Below, piece by piece: positions 10,351-21,187 of a stretch of DNA of 64,000 nt. The notes below the pieces were generated by a model. It worked only from the letters and a program-made list of their open reading frames with translations. It was not told the origin of the DNA and ran no database searches. How positions within the stretch are numbered: the stretch's first letter is position 1; the number at the start of each line of letters is the position of its first letter. Location: assembly GCA_963829055.1 (NCBI GenBank), contig CAWHHI010000012.1, positions 288,001 through 352,000 of the forward strand, in the 5' to 3' direction. Source of the stretch: an uncultured Gemmatimonadaceae bacterium (lineage in GTDB: Bacteria; Gemmatimonadota; Gemmatimonadetes; Gemmatimonadales; Gemmatimonadaceae). The position numbers and the translations under genes were made by a program.

Positions 10351-10611
10351 TCACGTCTGGATCCTGCGCACGTCTTTCACCTCAGGTACCCGCGCGCGCA
10401 GATGAGCGCCGATCCCCTCCATCATGTTGGCCGCCGACAGGTCGCAGTCGGGGCAGTCTCCTTCCACACGCAGCGCGGCGGTTCCCGTGTGCTCCTCGAA
10501 CTGTACCAGCTCGATCGTTGCTTCCATGTGGAGCAGCGCGCGAATCTCGCCCAGCGTCTCTCGTATGCGATCGTCGACGTCGTTGTCTCCGCGAGTACCC
10601 CGCGTGAACAT
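10351..10611 (-). CDS. NifU-like C-terminal domain protein
   Basis: GDCPDC (CxxC) in a NifU_C-like context, adjacent to Mrp. Confidence 0.75.
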   Translation of the reverse strand: MFTRGTRGDNDVDDRIRETLGEIRALLHMEATIELVQFEEHTGTAALRVEGDCPDCDLSAANMMEGIGAHLRARVPEVKDVRRIQT

Positions 10612-11660
10612 CAGACGAGCACCTCCTTCATCGTCGGACCGGCGTTGGATACGAAGGCACGTGCTGCCGAAATTACTCGCAGGCGCACGTCCTCCATGGT
10701 ACCGGGAATCAGCGCGCCCGCGGCCTTCGCGTGCCCGCCCCCACCGAACGTTCGTGCAAACCGGTTCACGTCGACATCCCCGGTACTCCGAAACGACACC
10801 TTGACCTTGCCGTAGCCCAGATCGCGGAAGAACAGCGCGAGGCGCGTGCCGGAAATGGAGCGCGGGTGCTCGACGATGCCCTCGAGATCCTCAGAGCTCA
10901 CATCGTAGCGATCGAGCGCATCGGCAGGGACGGAGATCCAGGCAATGCCGTAGTCGCGATCGACCTCGAGCGTACTCAGAGCGTCACGCAGGAGCGCCAG
11001 GCGGCCGGGCGAGACGGACGCGTAGATGCGCCGGTACATCTCCTCCGGGTCCACGCCTGCGGCAAGGAGTTGCCCGGCGATCGCATGCGCGCGCGGCGTC
11101 GTGTTGCTGAAGCGAAAGCCACCGGTGTCGGTGAGAATCGCGCAGTAGAGCGCCGTCGCGATCGGCTCGCTGAGCTCGAGGCCAAGCACAGACGCGAAAT
11201 CGAAGACCAGTTCGCCCGTGGCACACGCCGTCGTGTCGGAGACCATGATGTCTCCGGCCGGCTCGTCCGTGGTGATGTGGTGATCGATGACGAGCCGAGG
11301 CACGTCGAGCTTGCGGACCGCGTCGGCGAGGCCACCGAGCCGCTTCACGTCACTCACGTCGAGCACGATCAGCGCGTCGAGCGGAGTGAGTGCGGCCGTG
11401 CCCTTGGCCGTATGGTCGACGAGGTCGTCGCCGAGCAGGAAGGAGAACGTCGCCGGCCACGGAGTCGGGTTCACGATGCGGGACTCGATCCCCATCTGGC
11501 GAAGCAGCCGAGAGAGGCCGGCAACCGAGCCGCACGCGTCGCCGTCGGCATTCATGTGCGTCGATAGCACCACGCGCTGGCCTGCCTTCAGCTCGGCGGC
11601 GAGACGTTCGATCGCGACTTGACGCTGCGCTGGAGGTTTGATGAGATCGGAGGGATGCAC
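10611..11660 (-). CDS. nrnA: DHH/DHHA1 phosphoesterase (NrnA-like oligoribonuclease/pAp phosphatase)
   Basis: HMNADGD, IDHH, TDTGGF, VSFRS, GGGHAKAAG motifs. Confidence 0.9.
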   Translation of the reverse strand: MHPSDLIKPPAQRQVAIERLAAELKAGQRVVLSTHMNADGDACGSVAGLSRLLRQMGIESRIVNPTPWPATFSFLLGDDLVDHTAKGTAALTPLDALIVLDVSDVKRLGGLADAVRKLDVPRLVIDHHITTDEPAGDIMVSDTTACATGELVFDFASVLGLELSEPIATALYCAILTDTGGFRFSNTTPRAHAIAGQLLAAGVDPEEMYRRIYASVSPGRLALLRDALSTLEVDRDYGIAWISVPADALDRYDVSSEDLEGIVEHPRSISGTRLALFFRDLGYGKVKVSFRSTGDVDVNRFARTFGGGGHAKAAGALIPGTMEDVRLRVISAARAFVSNAGPTMKEVLV

Positions 11661-11674
11661 GATCAGCGTTCGGG

Positions 11675-11710
11675 AAAAAAAGCGAAGCGGCGCCTCACGT
11701 GAGGCGCCGC
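11675..11710 (-). terminator. Rho-independent terminator after the amino-acid permease
   Basis: Minus strand GCGGCGCCTC-ACGT-GAGGCGCCGC followed by TTCGCTTTTTTT. Confidence 0.75.
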
Positions 11711-11768
11711 CACAAAACATAACCCCTACGGGCGGCCGGTGCTTGCAGCACCGGCCCTGAAATACCCC

Positions 11769-13316
11769 CTACGGAGCCCGAGCGTCGACAATGTCGCGGC
11801 GCCCTGCGATCGAATGCGCCCGACCGTAGCCGAAGTAGATCGCGAGGCCGATCACGAGCCAGATGATGAGCCGATACCAGGTATCGGTCGGAAGGCCGTA
11901 CATCATGTAGCCGCAGATCAGAATGGCGAGCACCGGCACGACGGGAACCATTGGCGTGCGGAACGGCCGATGGAGATCCGGCGAACGGTACCGTAGCACG
12001 AGGATGCCCGCGCTCACGATCACGAAGGCGAGCAACGTTCCGATCGCGACGAGCTCACCGAGCAAGCCGATCGGGAACAATCCCGCGATGCACATCGCGA
12101 CTGTACCGGTGATGATCGTCGCGAGCCACGGCGTGCGGTACTTCGGATGCACGGACGAGAACACCTTCGGAAGCAGTCCGTCACGCGCCATCGAGTAGAA
12201 GATGCGCGGCTGGCCGAGGAGCATGACGAGCACGACGGACGCGAGTCCGGCAATGGCGCCGATGTTGATGAGGTACGTCAACCAGCGCAGCGACGGCCCG
12301 GCCTTCTCGATCGCCACGAACACCGGGTGCGGAACGTTGAGCTCCTGGTAAGGCGCCAGGCCGGTCATGACGAGCGCCATCAGGATGTAGAGCACCGTGC
12401 AGATGGCGAGCGAGCCGAGAATGCCGATCGGCAGATCGCGTTGCGGATTCTTCGCTTCCTGCGCGGCGGTCGATACCGCGTCGAACCCGATGTAGGCAAA
12501 GAAAATCACACCTGCACCGCGGAGGATTCCGCTCCACCCGTAGCTCCCGAACGTCCCCGTGTTGGCCGGAATGAACGGGTGCCAGTTCGCCGAGTTCACG
12601 TAGAAGAAGCCGAAGCCGATCACGAGGAGAACGATCGCGATCTTGACGAAGACGACGATGTTGTTGAACCGCGCGGATTCCTGGATACCGATGACGAGCA
12701 GCACGGTGAGAATGGCCACGAGCGCCATCGCCGGGATGTTGAGAAACCCATGGAACTGCGAGTACTTCGTCAGGTCGCAGGTACCGGCGGTGATCAGTGC
12801 GTTGTTCGCAGGGTCGACACAAAGCACCGACCGCACGAGCGTGTGGGTTCCTTCCACACCGAACGGTGCCGAGGTGAACTGCCGCGGGATGTGAATCCCG
12901 ATCTGCCCCATGAATTCGGTGAAGTATCCTGACCAGCCGACCGCGACGGTCGACGCGGCGAACAGGTACTCGAGGATGAGGTCCCAGCCGATGATCCAGG
13001 CGATGAACTCGCCGAGGGTCGCGTAGCCGTAGGTGTACGCGCTGCCGGCGATCGGAATCATCGAGGCGAACTCCGCGTAGCAGAGCCCCGCGAAGACGCA
13101 TCCCAACCCGGCGAGCACGAACGACAGGACGATCGCCGGCCCTGCGTATTGGGCTGCGGCGGTGCCCGTCAGAACGAAAATACCGGCCCCGATAATGGCG
13201 CCGATGCCGAGTAGGGTGAGGTTGAGTGCTCCGAGCGAGCGTTTGAGGGAATGCTCCCCCTCAACGGTTGCTTCGCTCTGAAGGCGCTCGACGCTCTTCA
13301 AGGACCATAAGCCCAT
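11769..13316 (-). CDS. APC-family amino acid permease
   Basis: GIGAIIGAGIF, YAEFASMIPIAGSAYTY, FFAYIGFDAVST, RPFRTP. Confidence 0.95.
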   Translation of the reverse strand: MGLWSLKSVERLQSEATVEGEHSLKRSLGALNLTLLGIGAIIGAGIFVLTGTAAAQYAGPAIVLSFVLAGLGCVFAGLCYAEFASMIPIAGSAYTYGYATLGEFIAWIIGWDLILEYLFAASTVAVGWSGYFTEFMGQIGIHIPRQFTSAPFGVEGTHTLVRSVLCVDPANNALITAGTCDLTKYSQFHGFLNIPAMALVAILTVLLVIGIQESARFNNIVVFVKIAIVLLVIGFGFFYVNSANWHPFIPANTGTFGSYGWSGILRGAGVIFFAYIGFDAVSTAAQEAKNPQRDLPIGILGSLAICTVLYILMALVMTGLAPYQELNVPHPVFVAIEKAGPSLRWLTYLINIGAIAGLASVVLVMLLGQPRIFYSMARDGLLPKVFSSVHPKYRTPWLATIITGTVAMCIAGLFPIGLLGELVAIGTLLAFVIVSAGILVLRYRSPDLHRPFRTPMVPVVPVLAILICGYMMYGLPTDTWYRLIIWLVIGLAIYFGYGRAHSIAGRRDIVDARAP

Positions 13317-13458
13317 GCGCTGTTCTCCGCGATCGGTTATTCCGTGAGCCGGCTATAGACAACTACAGCCGAAGATGACCTCAAAACCGCGCGGGAAGGT
13401 GGGAGGCGGTTGCGAGTGTTGTCAAGGCAACCGACACGGCTCGGACAGACGTCAGAGA

Positions 13459-13544
13459 CGGGACGGGAACGGGACTGGGGAAGCACCCTCGGGAGCCTCC
13501 GTACGAGAGCACCCGAGGGTGAGTCCCGTCCCATCCCAGTCCCG
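13459..13544. repeat. Intergenic hairpin with GGGAC-type repeat arms and a CACCCTCGGG/CCCGAGGGTG core
   Basis: CGGGACGGGAACGGGACTGGGG ... AGTCCCGTCCCATCCCAGTCCCG, immediately after the guaB stop. Confidence 0.65.
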
Positions 13545-15623
<2,079 letters not shown>

Positions 15624-15627
<4 letters not shown>

Positions 15628-16040
15628 GACCGTGCCTCCCCTGTCGGCGGTGGAGGCGCGTCCGGCGGTTGCTGGATCTGCGGCGCCGGAGGCGCCGGCG
15701 TGGCCCCATCACTCACAGCACCCGAAGGGGCGATGAGGCTGTTGGCCGCGCCGACTACGTCATTCGCAACAGACTTGCCAGCGGCCGCGACGCCGCTGAG
15801 CACGCCCATCGCCTTGTTCATGAGATTCATCGTCTCGGAGATCGTCGCCGCCGAGACGCGGCCGGCGCGGAGCTTGTCCTCGACCGTTTCAGCGAAGCGC
15901 TGCAGGACGTTCGTGGATGGATTCTGCCGCTCCGCATACTTCGATTCCAGGAACTCGACGAAGTCGAGCACCTGGTACGCGCGCTCATCCGAGATGGTAT
16001 CGAGCTTTCGCAGGATGCGGTCGCGCAGGAATTGATTCAT
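15624..16040 (-). CDS. Hypothetical protein (N-terminus resembles DUF2281-like VLDFVEFL motif)
   Basis: Overlapping/abutting both neighbours; helical N-terminus, Pro-rich tail. Confidence 0.75.
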
Positions 16041-16043
16041 CGA

Positions 16044-17096
16044 TCAGCCTCGCCATCGGACCCGTCTTCCGCGGGCGTCGATGTGAACATACGAGGCACC
16101 ACCCTTGTTGTAGAGGCCCATCCCGCCAACCAGGTCGGGATGCTCACGCTCCACGACCTCGACGGCCTTCGCGACGAGGCGCGTGTCGGAGAACGTCAGC
16201 TTGCCGTCGCCGTTGCTGTCGATGGCGACGTCGGCCGCGTCACCATACTGGTGGCGGCTGTCGCGCGCCGCGCGCTTGACGCGCCGATTGTGAATCGGGG
16301 TGCGAAATCCGGAATGCACGTCCAGCGCGAACCGCGCGTCGTCGCCCTTGCCGCTCAGCCGACCGATCTCCGCCACCACGAGCTCGATCTTGTCGAGCAA
16401 CCGCGCGTCGAGCGCTGCATAACGCGGCCAGCTTTCCTGGTTGTCGTGGGTCACGAAATCCGACAGACGCAGGTGCTTCGTGATAGGCAGGTCGAGCACG
16501 TCCTCACCGATCTCGACGAAACCCGGCGGGGCTGGCTCCTCGGTGCGCGCGCCAAGGCGTTCGGCGACGTAGGTCCCGATACGGTAGCCATTGAGCGTGC
16601 TGCCGAGCTTGGCCGAAAAGGGCACCATCACCGACAGGGCGGGTCCATCGACGAGGACACGTTCGGTCCCCTTCATCAAGGCAAGCCGGTAGAAGCCGGG
16701 CTTTTGCGGGGCCTCGAAGCGCGCCTCGAGCGGCCGCGTCGATTCGCGCGCGAGAGCCTGCACGGCGCCCGTATCGGCGAACGGAATCCACGCATAGGCG
16801 AGGTCGGCTGGGTCACCTCTGAGCTCGACAGGATACGTTAGCTGATCGCCCGGAAGTGCAAACAATACGCGGACTTCGCCACTGAGCCCGAAAGCATTAC
16901 GTGAGGCGAACGCGAGTGGCCCGAGGCTATCGCCGATCGCGATGTCGCCCCGGCTCTCGATGAACTGGCGCGGCGGCTCGTAGAACTGCACCACGCCTAG
17001 CGCGGCGGAACCGAACACCGCGAGGGACGCGAGACGGGACGCGACCCGCTGCGTACGACGGTTGGACGGATTGCCCGGCGAGGCGTCGACGCTCAC
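16044..17096 (-). CDS. Peptidase M15A-type (D-Ala-D-Ala carboxypeptidase family) zinc metallopeptidase, paralogue 2
   Basis: SGFRTPIHN, SRHQYGDAAD, YVHIDARG LAS-type motifs; N-terminal hydrophobic anchor. Confidence 0.85.
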   Translation of the reverse strand: MSVDASPGNPSNRRTQRVASRLASLAVFGSAALGVVQFYEPPRQFIESRGDIAIGDSLGPLAFASRNAFGLSGEVRVLFALPGDQLTYPVELRGDPADLAYAWIPFADTGAVQALARESTRPLEARFEAPQKPGFYRLALMKGTERVLVDGPALSVMVPFSAKLGSTLNGYRIGTYVAERLGARTEEPAPPGFVEIGEDVLDLPITKHLRLSDFVTHDNQESWPRYAALDARLLDKIELVVAEIGRLSGKGDDARFALDVHSGFRTPIHNRRVKRAARDSRHQYGDAADVAIDSNGDGKLTFSDTRLVAKAVEVVEREHPDLVGGMGLYNKGGASYVHIDARGRRVRWRG

Positions 17097-18058
17097 GATC
17101 GGCCCCAGCGTGCTCGTGCTCCGCGCGTATCGACGTGCGCGAATGGGCCGTGCGCCCGGGTGGCACGGTAGACCGAGGCACCGCCCACAAGCTCCGGGTG
17201 AGCGCGTTCAACCCTCTCGACCGCCTGGAGGATCACGCGTGCGTCGCGAGAGTCGACTCGGCGATCATGATTGAGGTCATCCATGCGGCCGTTGCCGTCG
17301 TTGTCGACGAACACGTCCGCAGCATCGCCAAACTGGTGGCGGCTGTCCCGTGCGCGACCGCCGCGCCCAACGCCTTGCGCGTTGTACTGCGGTGTCCGGA
17401 AGCCAGACATCACGACCATGTGCTCGACGCGCACGCCGTGTCCAGCGAGGTCGTCGATCACGAGCTCGAGCTTGTCCACCAGCGTTTCACGAAGCACGAG
17501 GTACTTCGGCCACACGTTCTCCTGGTCGTGGGTCAGGAAGTCGCGGAGGCGGAAGTGCTCGGACACGAACGTGTCCTGGTTTTGAGGCGTCACCTCGATG
17601 AAGCCCTCGGGGTTTTCGTACGCCTCGGTTCGATTGCGCCGACGCTCGGAGGGCCAGAACCCGACTCGATAGTCACCGACGGTTCCGCCAGCCTTGGACG
17701 CGAACGGAATCAACGAGATGAACGCGAACGGGCGACCCATGATGTCTTCGGCCGCCTGATACACGCCGGGGCGCGCCTCATCGGGCGCGTTGCCAAAGAG
17801 CCGCTCGAGAATCGGAAGCGCGAACACGTGCGTCGAGCTGAACAGGCGGAAGCGGAGCTTCCCGCTGCGACCGAACAGAGAGTCCGGCACAACGACGTGG
17901 ACGGTCGTCGTGTTCGCGACCGCCGCGCCCGGCAGTGCTGGAGCCCTCACAGGCAGGCCGGCGTGTGCCATGCCCGCCGCGGGGAGCAGCGAAGCAAGCC
18001 CCACGGAGCAGCTCACCATCACGCGCCAGCCCAGCACGCGCAGACGTTTTTGGTACAT
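17093..18058 (-). CDS. Peptidase M15A-type zinc metallopeptidase, paralogue 1
   Basis: SGFRTPQYN, SRHQFGDAAD, FAHVDTRG; signal peptide; RBS AGGGAGGAG before ATG 18058. Confidence 0.85.
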   Translation of the reverse strand: MYQKRLRVLGWRVMVSCSVGLASLLPAAGMAHAGLPVRAPALPGAAVANTTTVHVVVPDSLFGRSGKLRFRLFSSTHVFALPILERLFGNAPDEARPGVYQAAEDIMGRPFAFISLIPFASKAGGTVGDYRVGFWPSERRRNRTEAYENPEGFIEVTPQNQDTFVSEHFRLRDFLTHDQENVWPKYLVLRETLVDKLELVIDDLAGHGVRVEHMVVMSGFRTPQYNAQGVGRGGRARDSRHQFGDAADVFVDNDGNGRMDDLNHDRRVDSRDARVILQAVERVERAHPELVGGASVYRATRAHGPFAHVDTRGARARWGRS

Positions 18059-18064
18059 GAACTC

Positions 18065-18152
18065 CTCCCTGGTAACCAGACTGGCGGCGCCGAAGCGTCG
18101 TCTCACGGCTTTGCGTATCGGCGTTCCCTGCCGAGTTGCCCTTTGCAAGGAG
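18065..18152 (-). ncRNA. Cyclic di-GMP-I (GEMM) riboswitch
   Basis: Minus strand CUCCUUG-CAAAGGGCAAC-UCGGC-AG-GGAA-C-GCCGA-UACGCAAAGCC...GGUUAC-CAGGGAG: conserved GGGCAA, GNRA loop, CGCAAAGCC and GGUUACC elements with Vc2-like spacing. Confidence 0.8.
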
Positions 18153-18259
18153 CCTCCGCAGCCGTGCGGAGGAACTGTAACGTTGCTAATTCTATAAGGT
18201 TGAAGCTATTCGCACACCCCAAAAATCGCCCGATCACCGCACCACAGCTAACTCAGCAG

Positions 18260-19123
18260 TCAGTATATGTACACCGGCGTGCCGACCGGGACCATCTGAT
18301 ACAGCGTCTCAATGTCCTCGTTTCTCAGGCGGACGCAGCCATGACTCACTGAACTGCCGATACTTGATGGTACGTCCGTGCCGTGGAGGGCGTAACCGTC
18401 CCCTAGGTTCAGGCGGTTGGTACCCAAGACTCCACTGTACTTCCGCTGCGTCGTTCCGAAGGGCGGAATGATGATGTTCTTGTTCGCTACGATCTCCCGC
18501 CCTTCGGCGACATCGAACGGGATCTCCTGGCCATCCGCCGCCTTCCGCACGACCTCGTTTCCTTCGACGGTGATCGCTGACCCATCTGGCAACTTGATCG
18601 GCTGCCCGCGTACGAGATGCACGAGGCCCAGGCTCTTCTTCTTCGCCATCTCCACGTAGTGCCAGTCAGGCGGCACCCAGGTCGGCTCCGTCTCCTTACT
18701 CTCGACGACCAGCCGCCCCCGAGGGGTTTCGAATTTCCATTTGTTTCCGCCGCCCTTCGCCAATACCTTCCCGCTCCCTGTCGCGACCTGCGTCGTGAAC
18801 AGAATCTGGTCACCGCGTTTGTACCACAAACGGTGATCCGCGATGCTGACGACGATGTACGGCAAGCTGTCGGCCGGTGCCGATTCCGTGCTGTCAACGA
18901 GGATCTTCTTCAGAGTATCGGTCGATGCACCGATCCGGTGCTTGATCCCGTCCAGCACATCGAGATTGTCATTGAAGACCATCCGTGAGACATCGCGCTC
19001 GTAGCGCGCGTTTACCGTCGACCTGAACAGGTACGCGCTCGCACCCGCAACGAGCACTACCAGGCCGATGAGGATCCAGGCTGCCCGCCCGCCGCTCACG
19101 AAGAATCCACCTCGCTCAGACAT
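18260..19123 (-). CDS. L,D-transpeptidase (YkuD family), membrane anchored
   Basis: VATG, TPRG, YALHGT...SHGCVRL catalytic motif, N-terminal TM. Confidence 0.92.
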   Translation of the reverse strand: MSERGGFFVSGGRAAWILIGLVVLVAGASAYLFRSTVNARYERDVSRMVFNDNLDVLDGIKHRIGASTDTLKKILVDSTESAPADSLPYIVVSIADHRLWYKRGDQILFTTQVATGSGKVLAKGGGNKWKFETPRGRLVVESKETEPTWVPPDWHYVEMAKKKSLGLVHLVRGQPIKLPDGSAITVEGNEVVRKAADGQEIPFDVAEGREIVANKNIIIPPFGTTQRKYSGVLGTNRLNLGDGYALHGTDVPSSIGSSVSHGCVRLRNEDIETLYQMVPVGTPVYIY

Positions 19124-19153
19124 TCCTGCCTCGTTTCCCGTTCGAGACGCCGA

Positions 19154-19861
19154 TCAATACAGATATACCGTCATGCCCGGGGACAGGTTCGGCGCGATAG
19201 CGCGCAGATCCTGCGTACGGGCGCGAATCGCTCCTGGCAGCACATAGGAAGAATCGCTCAATGGGCCGCCTGTCGGGTGGCTGTAGATCACTGCGCCACC
19301 CGACAGCACGATAGCACCGGCCCCCAGGGCGCCCGCAATCGCGCGGTCTTCCGGTACCGGCATCCCGCGATCGACGTACACCCACTTGGGGACTTCCCAC
19401 TTGTCCTTCGCGGTCAGCACTCGCTCGACAGTCCTCGATCCGCGCGGCGCAACAATCTTGAGGGTGTCGGCCGCCGCGCCAACGCTTTTTTCCGGACCGA
19501 CATCGACCGGCATTTCACGAAGCAGCGCTCCTTCGCGCTCGAGGTACATGACCCCACTGTCGACCGCGACCGACAGGTGGAGGTCCTTGTCCAGATTTGC
19601 CTGCCGGCGCATCAGCTCGAGCGTGACCCGCATGCGATTCTCTTCCGCGGCGACGACCATGTCGGCCTTCCGCCGCTCCTGATCCGTCATGCCGGTGCGG
19701 AGCCTCGTGGTTTCCCGCGAGTACCTAACGCGTTGATAGATCAACCAGCCGTCGATCGCCAGCATCGACATGAGCAGCACCAACAGAACGGAGATGATTC
19801 CAGGATAGGCGAGCCGAAACTCGCGCCAGCTTTGGCGGCGGCGTTCTACAGGCGGCGTCAC
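19154..19861 (-). CDS. Membrane-anchored YkuD-fold protein lacking the catalytic His/Cys
   Basis: Parallels its neighbour (VDVG, APRG, WEVPKWVY, GALG, GMTVYLY) but has LPGAIRA in place of SHGCVRL. Confidence 0.7.
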   Translation of the reverse strand: MTPPVERRRQSWREFRLAYPGIISVLLVLLMSMLAIDGWLIYQRVRYSRETTRLRTGMTDQERRKADMVVAAEENRMRVTLELMRRQANLDKDLHLSVAVDSGVMYLEREGALLREMPVDVGPEKSVGAAADTLKIVAPRGSRTVERVLTAKDKWEVPKWVYVDRGMPVPEDRAIAGALGAGAIVLSGGAVIYSHPTGGPLSDSSYVLPGAIRARTQDLRAIAPNLSPGMTVYLY

Positions 19862-21096
19862 TTGCGCGGGGTGATGGACAGGAGATCCAGAATCGGTACG
19901 CCGACGAGCTCACTCTTCCCGGTGCGAACACGGGCCGTGATCATCGCCTGCGTGAGCTCGGGCATCGCGTTCGCGCTCGACATGAGTGACGCCGGGACGA
20001 CAAGGTAGAGGAGCGCGTTCTCCTCGTTAGGGCCGCGCGCGAGCAAATACACCTCGTCCGGCGCGAGATCGCGGCGGAGCACGTCGGCCTTCTGCTTCGC
20101 GAGCACCTGCACGTTCCACCGCACGACCTTGCCGCGGCTTCCCTGTGGGTCGGCGCGAAGATCCGCTGCGCTCGTGCCCGTGCGCACCGCCGTATCCGCT
20201 GGCACGAGGTCGCGCTCCTGAACCCACCCCTCCAGCCGGACCCGAACCCACCCTCGCTCACGCGCGAGTGGAACGAGCGTGGTGCCCTGCGCGACCGTGG
20301 CGAGCGGACGGGCGTCGGGCGCGGCGCGCAGGGCGATGTTCGACGTTGGAACGAGCGTCGAATCCGACAGCGGTGATGACGATGACTTGGTGGCAGCTGC
20401 GGACTTGGTGACGGCAACGGCAGTCGGCGCGGAGGTCGCGGCCAGCCGAGCTTTCGGCTCGGGCGCATTGCCGCGTGCGGCCGACGGCTCCGCCGGCTTC
20501 TTCACCGCTGCCTTGCTCGTTGGCGACGATGCCACCTCGCCCCCGCTCGCCTTGCGAGACGAAGCGGCAGTGCTCGCGGCGGGTCGGCGCGACGGCGACG
20601 ATGCGCGCGCGACGTCCGCCGCAGATGCTCGATCGAGCGCGGACTGCAATACCCAACCCTCGCGCGAGATGCGCACCCAGCCTGTCGGCGCCTCTCCCGT
20701 GCGGACCACCACGGACGTGCCCGCGTCGAGCGACGCTACGCTGCGGGCCGACGTCGCACCACGCGACCGCACGACGGCGCTCCGACTTCCCACCCGGGTC
20801 GACGAAGCGCGGCGGTCTGGCGAGAGACGCGTCCGTTCGACGAACCCATCGATGGACACTTTGGCATAGGCACCACGCGTTTCGAGAACGCGGACCGACA
20901 AGCCCGGGTGGACGCTTCCGACTGCAGCACCCTTTGGCGACCCGAGGACTGCGGTCGGCGTGCTGACGACCCTCGATTGTGCCCGCGCCGACGTGGTGAG
21001 CACGACGGCAAGCGCGGCTGCCGCGCCAACTTGGCGCGCAACGCGAGACACAAAACGAGACATGGGTGTAGAAGGGCGCATCGCTGGTTGGTCCAT
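19858..21096 (-). CDS. Secreted SH3-like domain protein
   Basis: Signal peptide; SH3b-like segments (GWVRISREGWV, LRAAPD...GWVRVRLEGWV) separated by an Ala/Ser/Pro linker. Confidence 0.75.
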   Translation of the reverse strand: MDQPAMRPSTPMSRFVSRVARQVGAAAALAVVLTTSARAQSRVVSTPTAVLGSPKGAAVGSVHPGLSVRVLETRGAYAKVSIDGFVERTRLSPDRRASSTRVGSRSAVVRSRGATSARSVASLDAGTSVVVRTGEAPTGWVRISREGWVLQSALDRASAADVARASSPSRRPAASTAASSRKASGGEVASSPTSKAAVKKPAEPSAARGNAPEPKARLAATSAPTAVAVTKSAAATKSSSSPLSDSTLVPTSNIALRAAPDARPLATVAQGTTLVPLARERGWVRVRLEGWVQERDLVPADTAVRTGTSAADLRADPQGSRGKVVRWNVQVLAKQKADVLRRDLAPDEVYLLARGPNEENALLYLVVPASLMSSANAMPELTQAMITARVRTGKSELVGVPILDLLSITPRK

Positions 21097-21187
21097 GTGT
21101 GCCCGAATACATTCAACCGGAACTGGCGACCGCCGAGCGCGGCGCGCACAAATCTTCCGGCAAACGTAATTCAGAACAAGCGTACGA

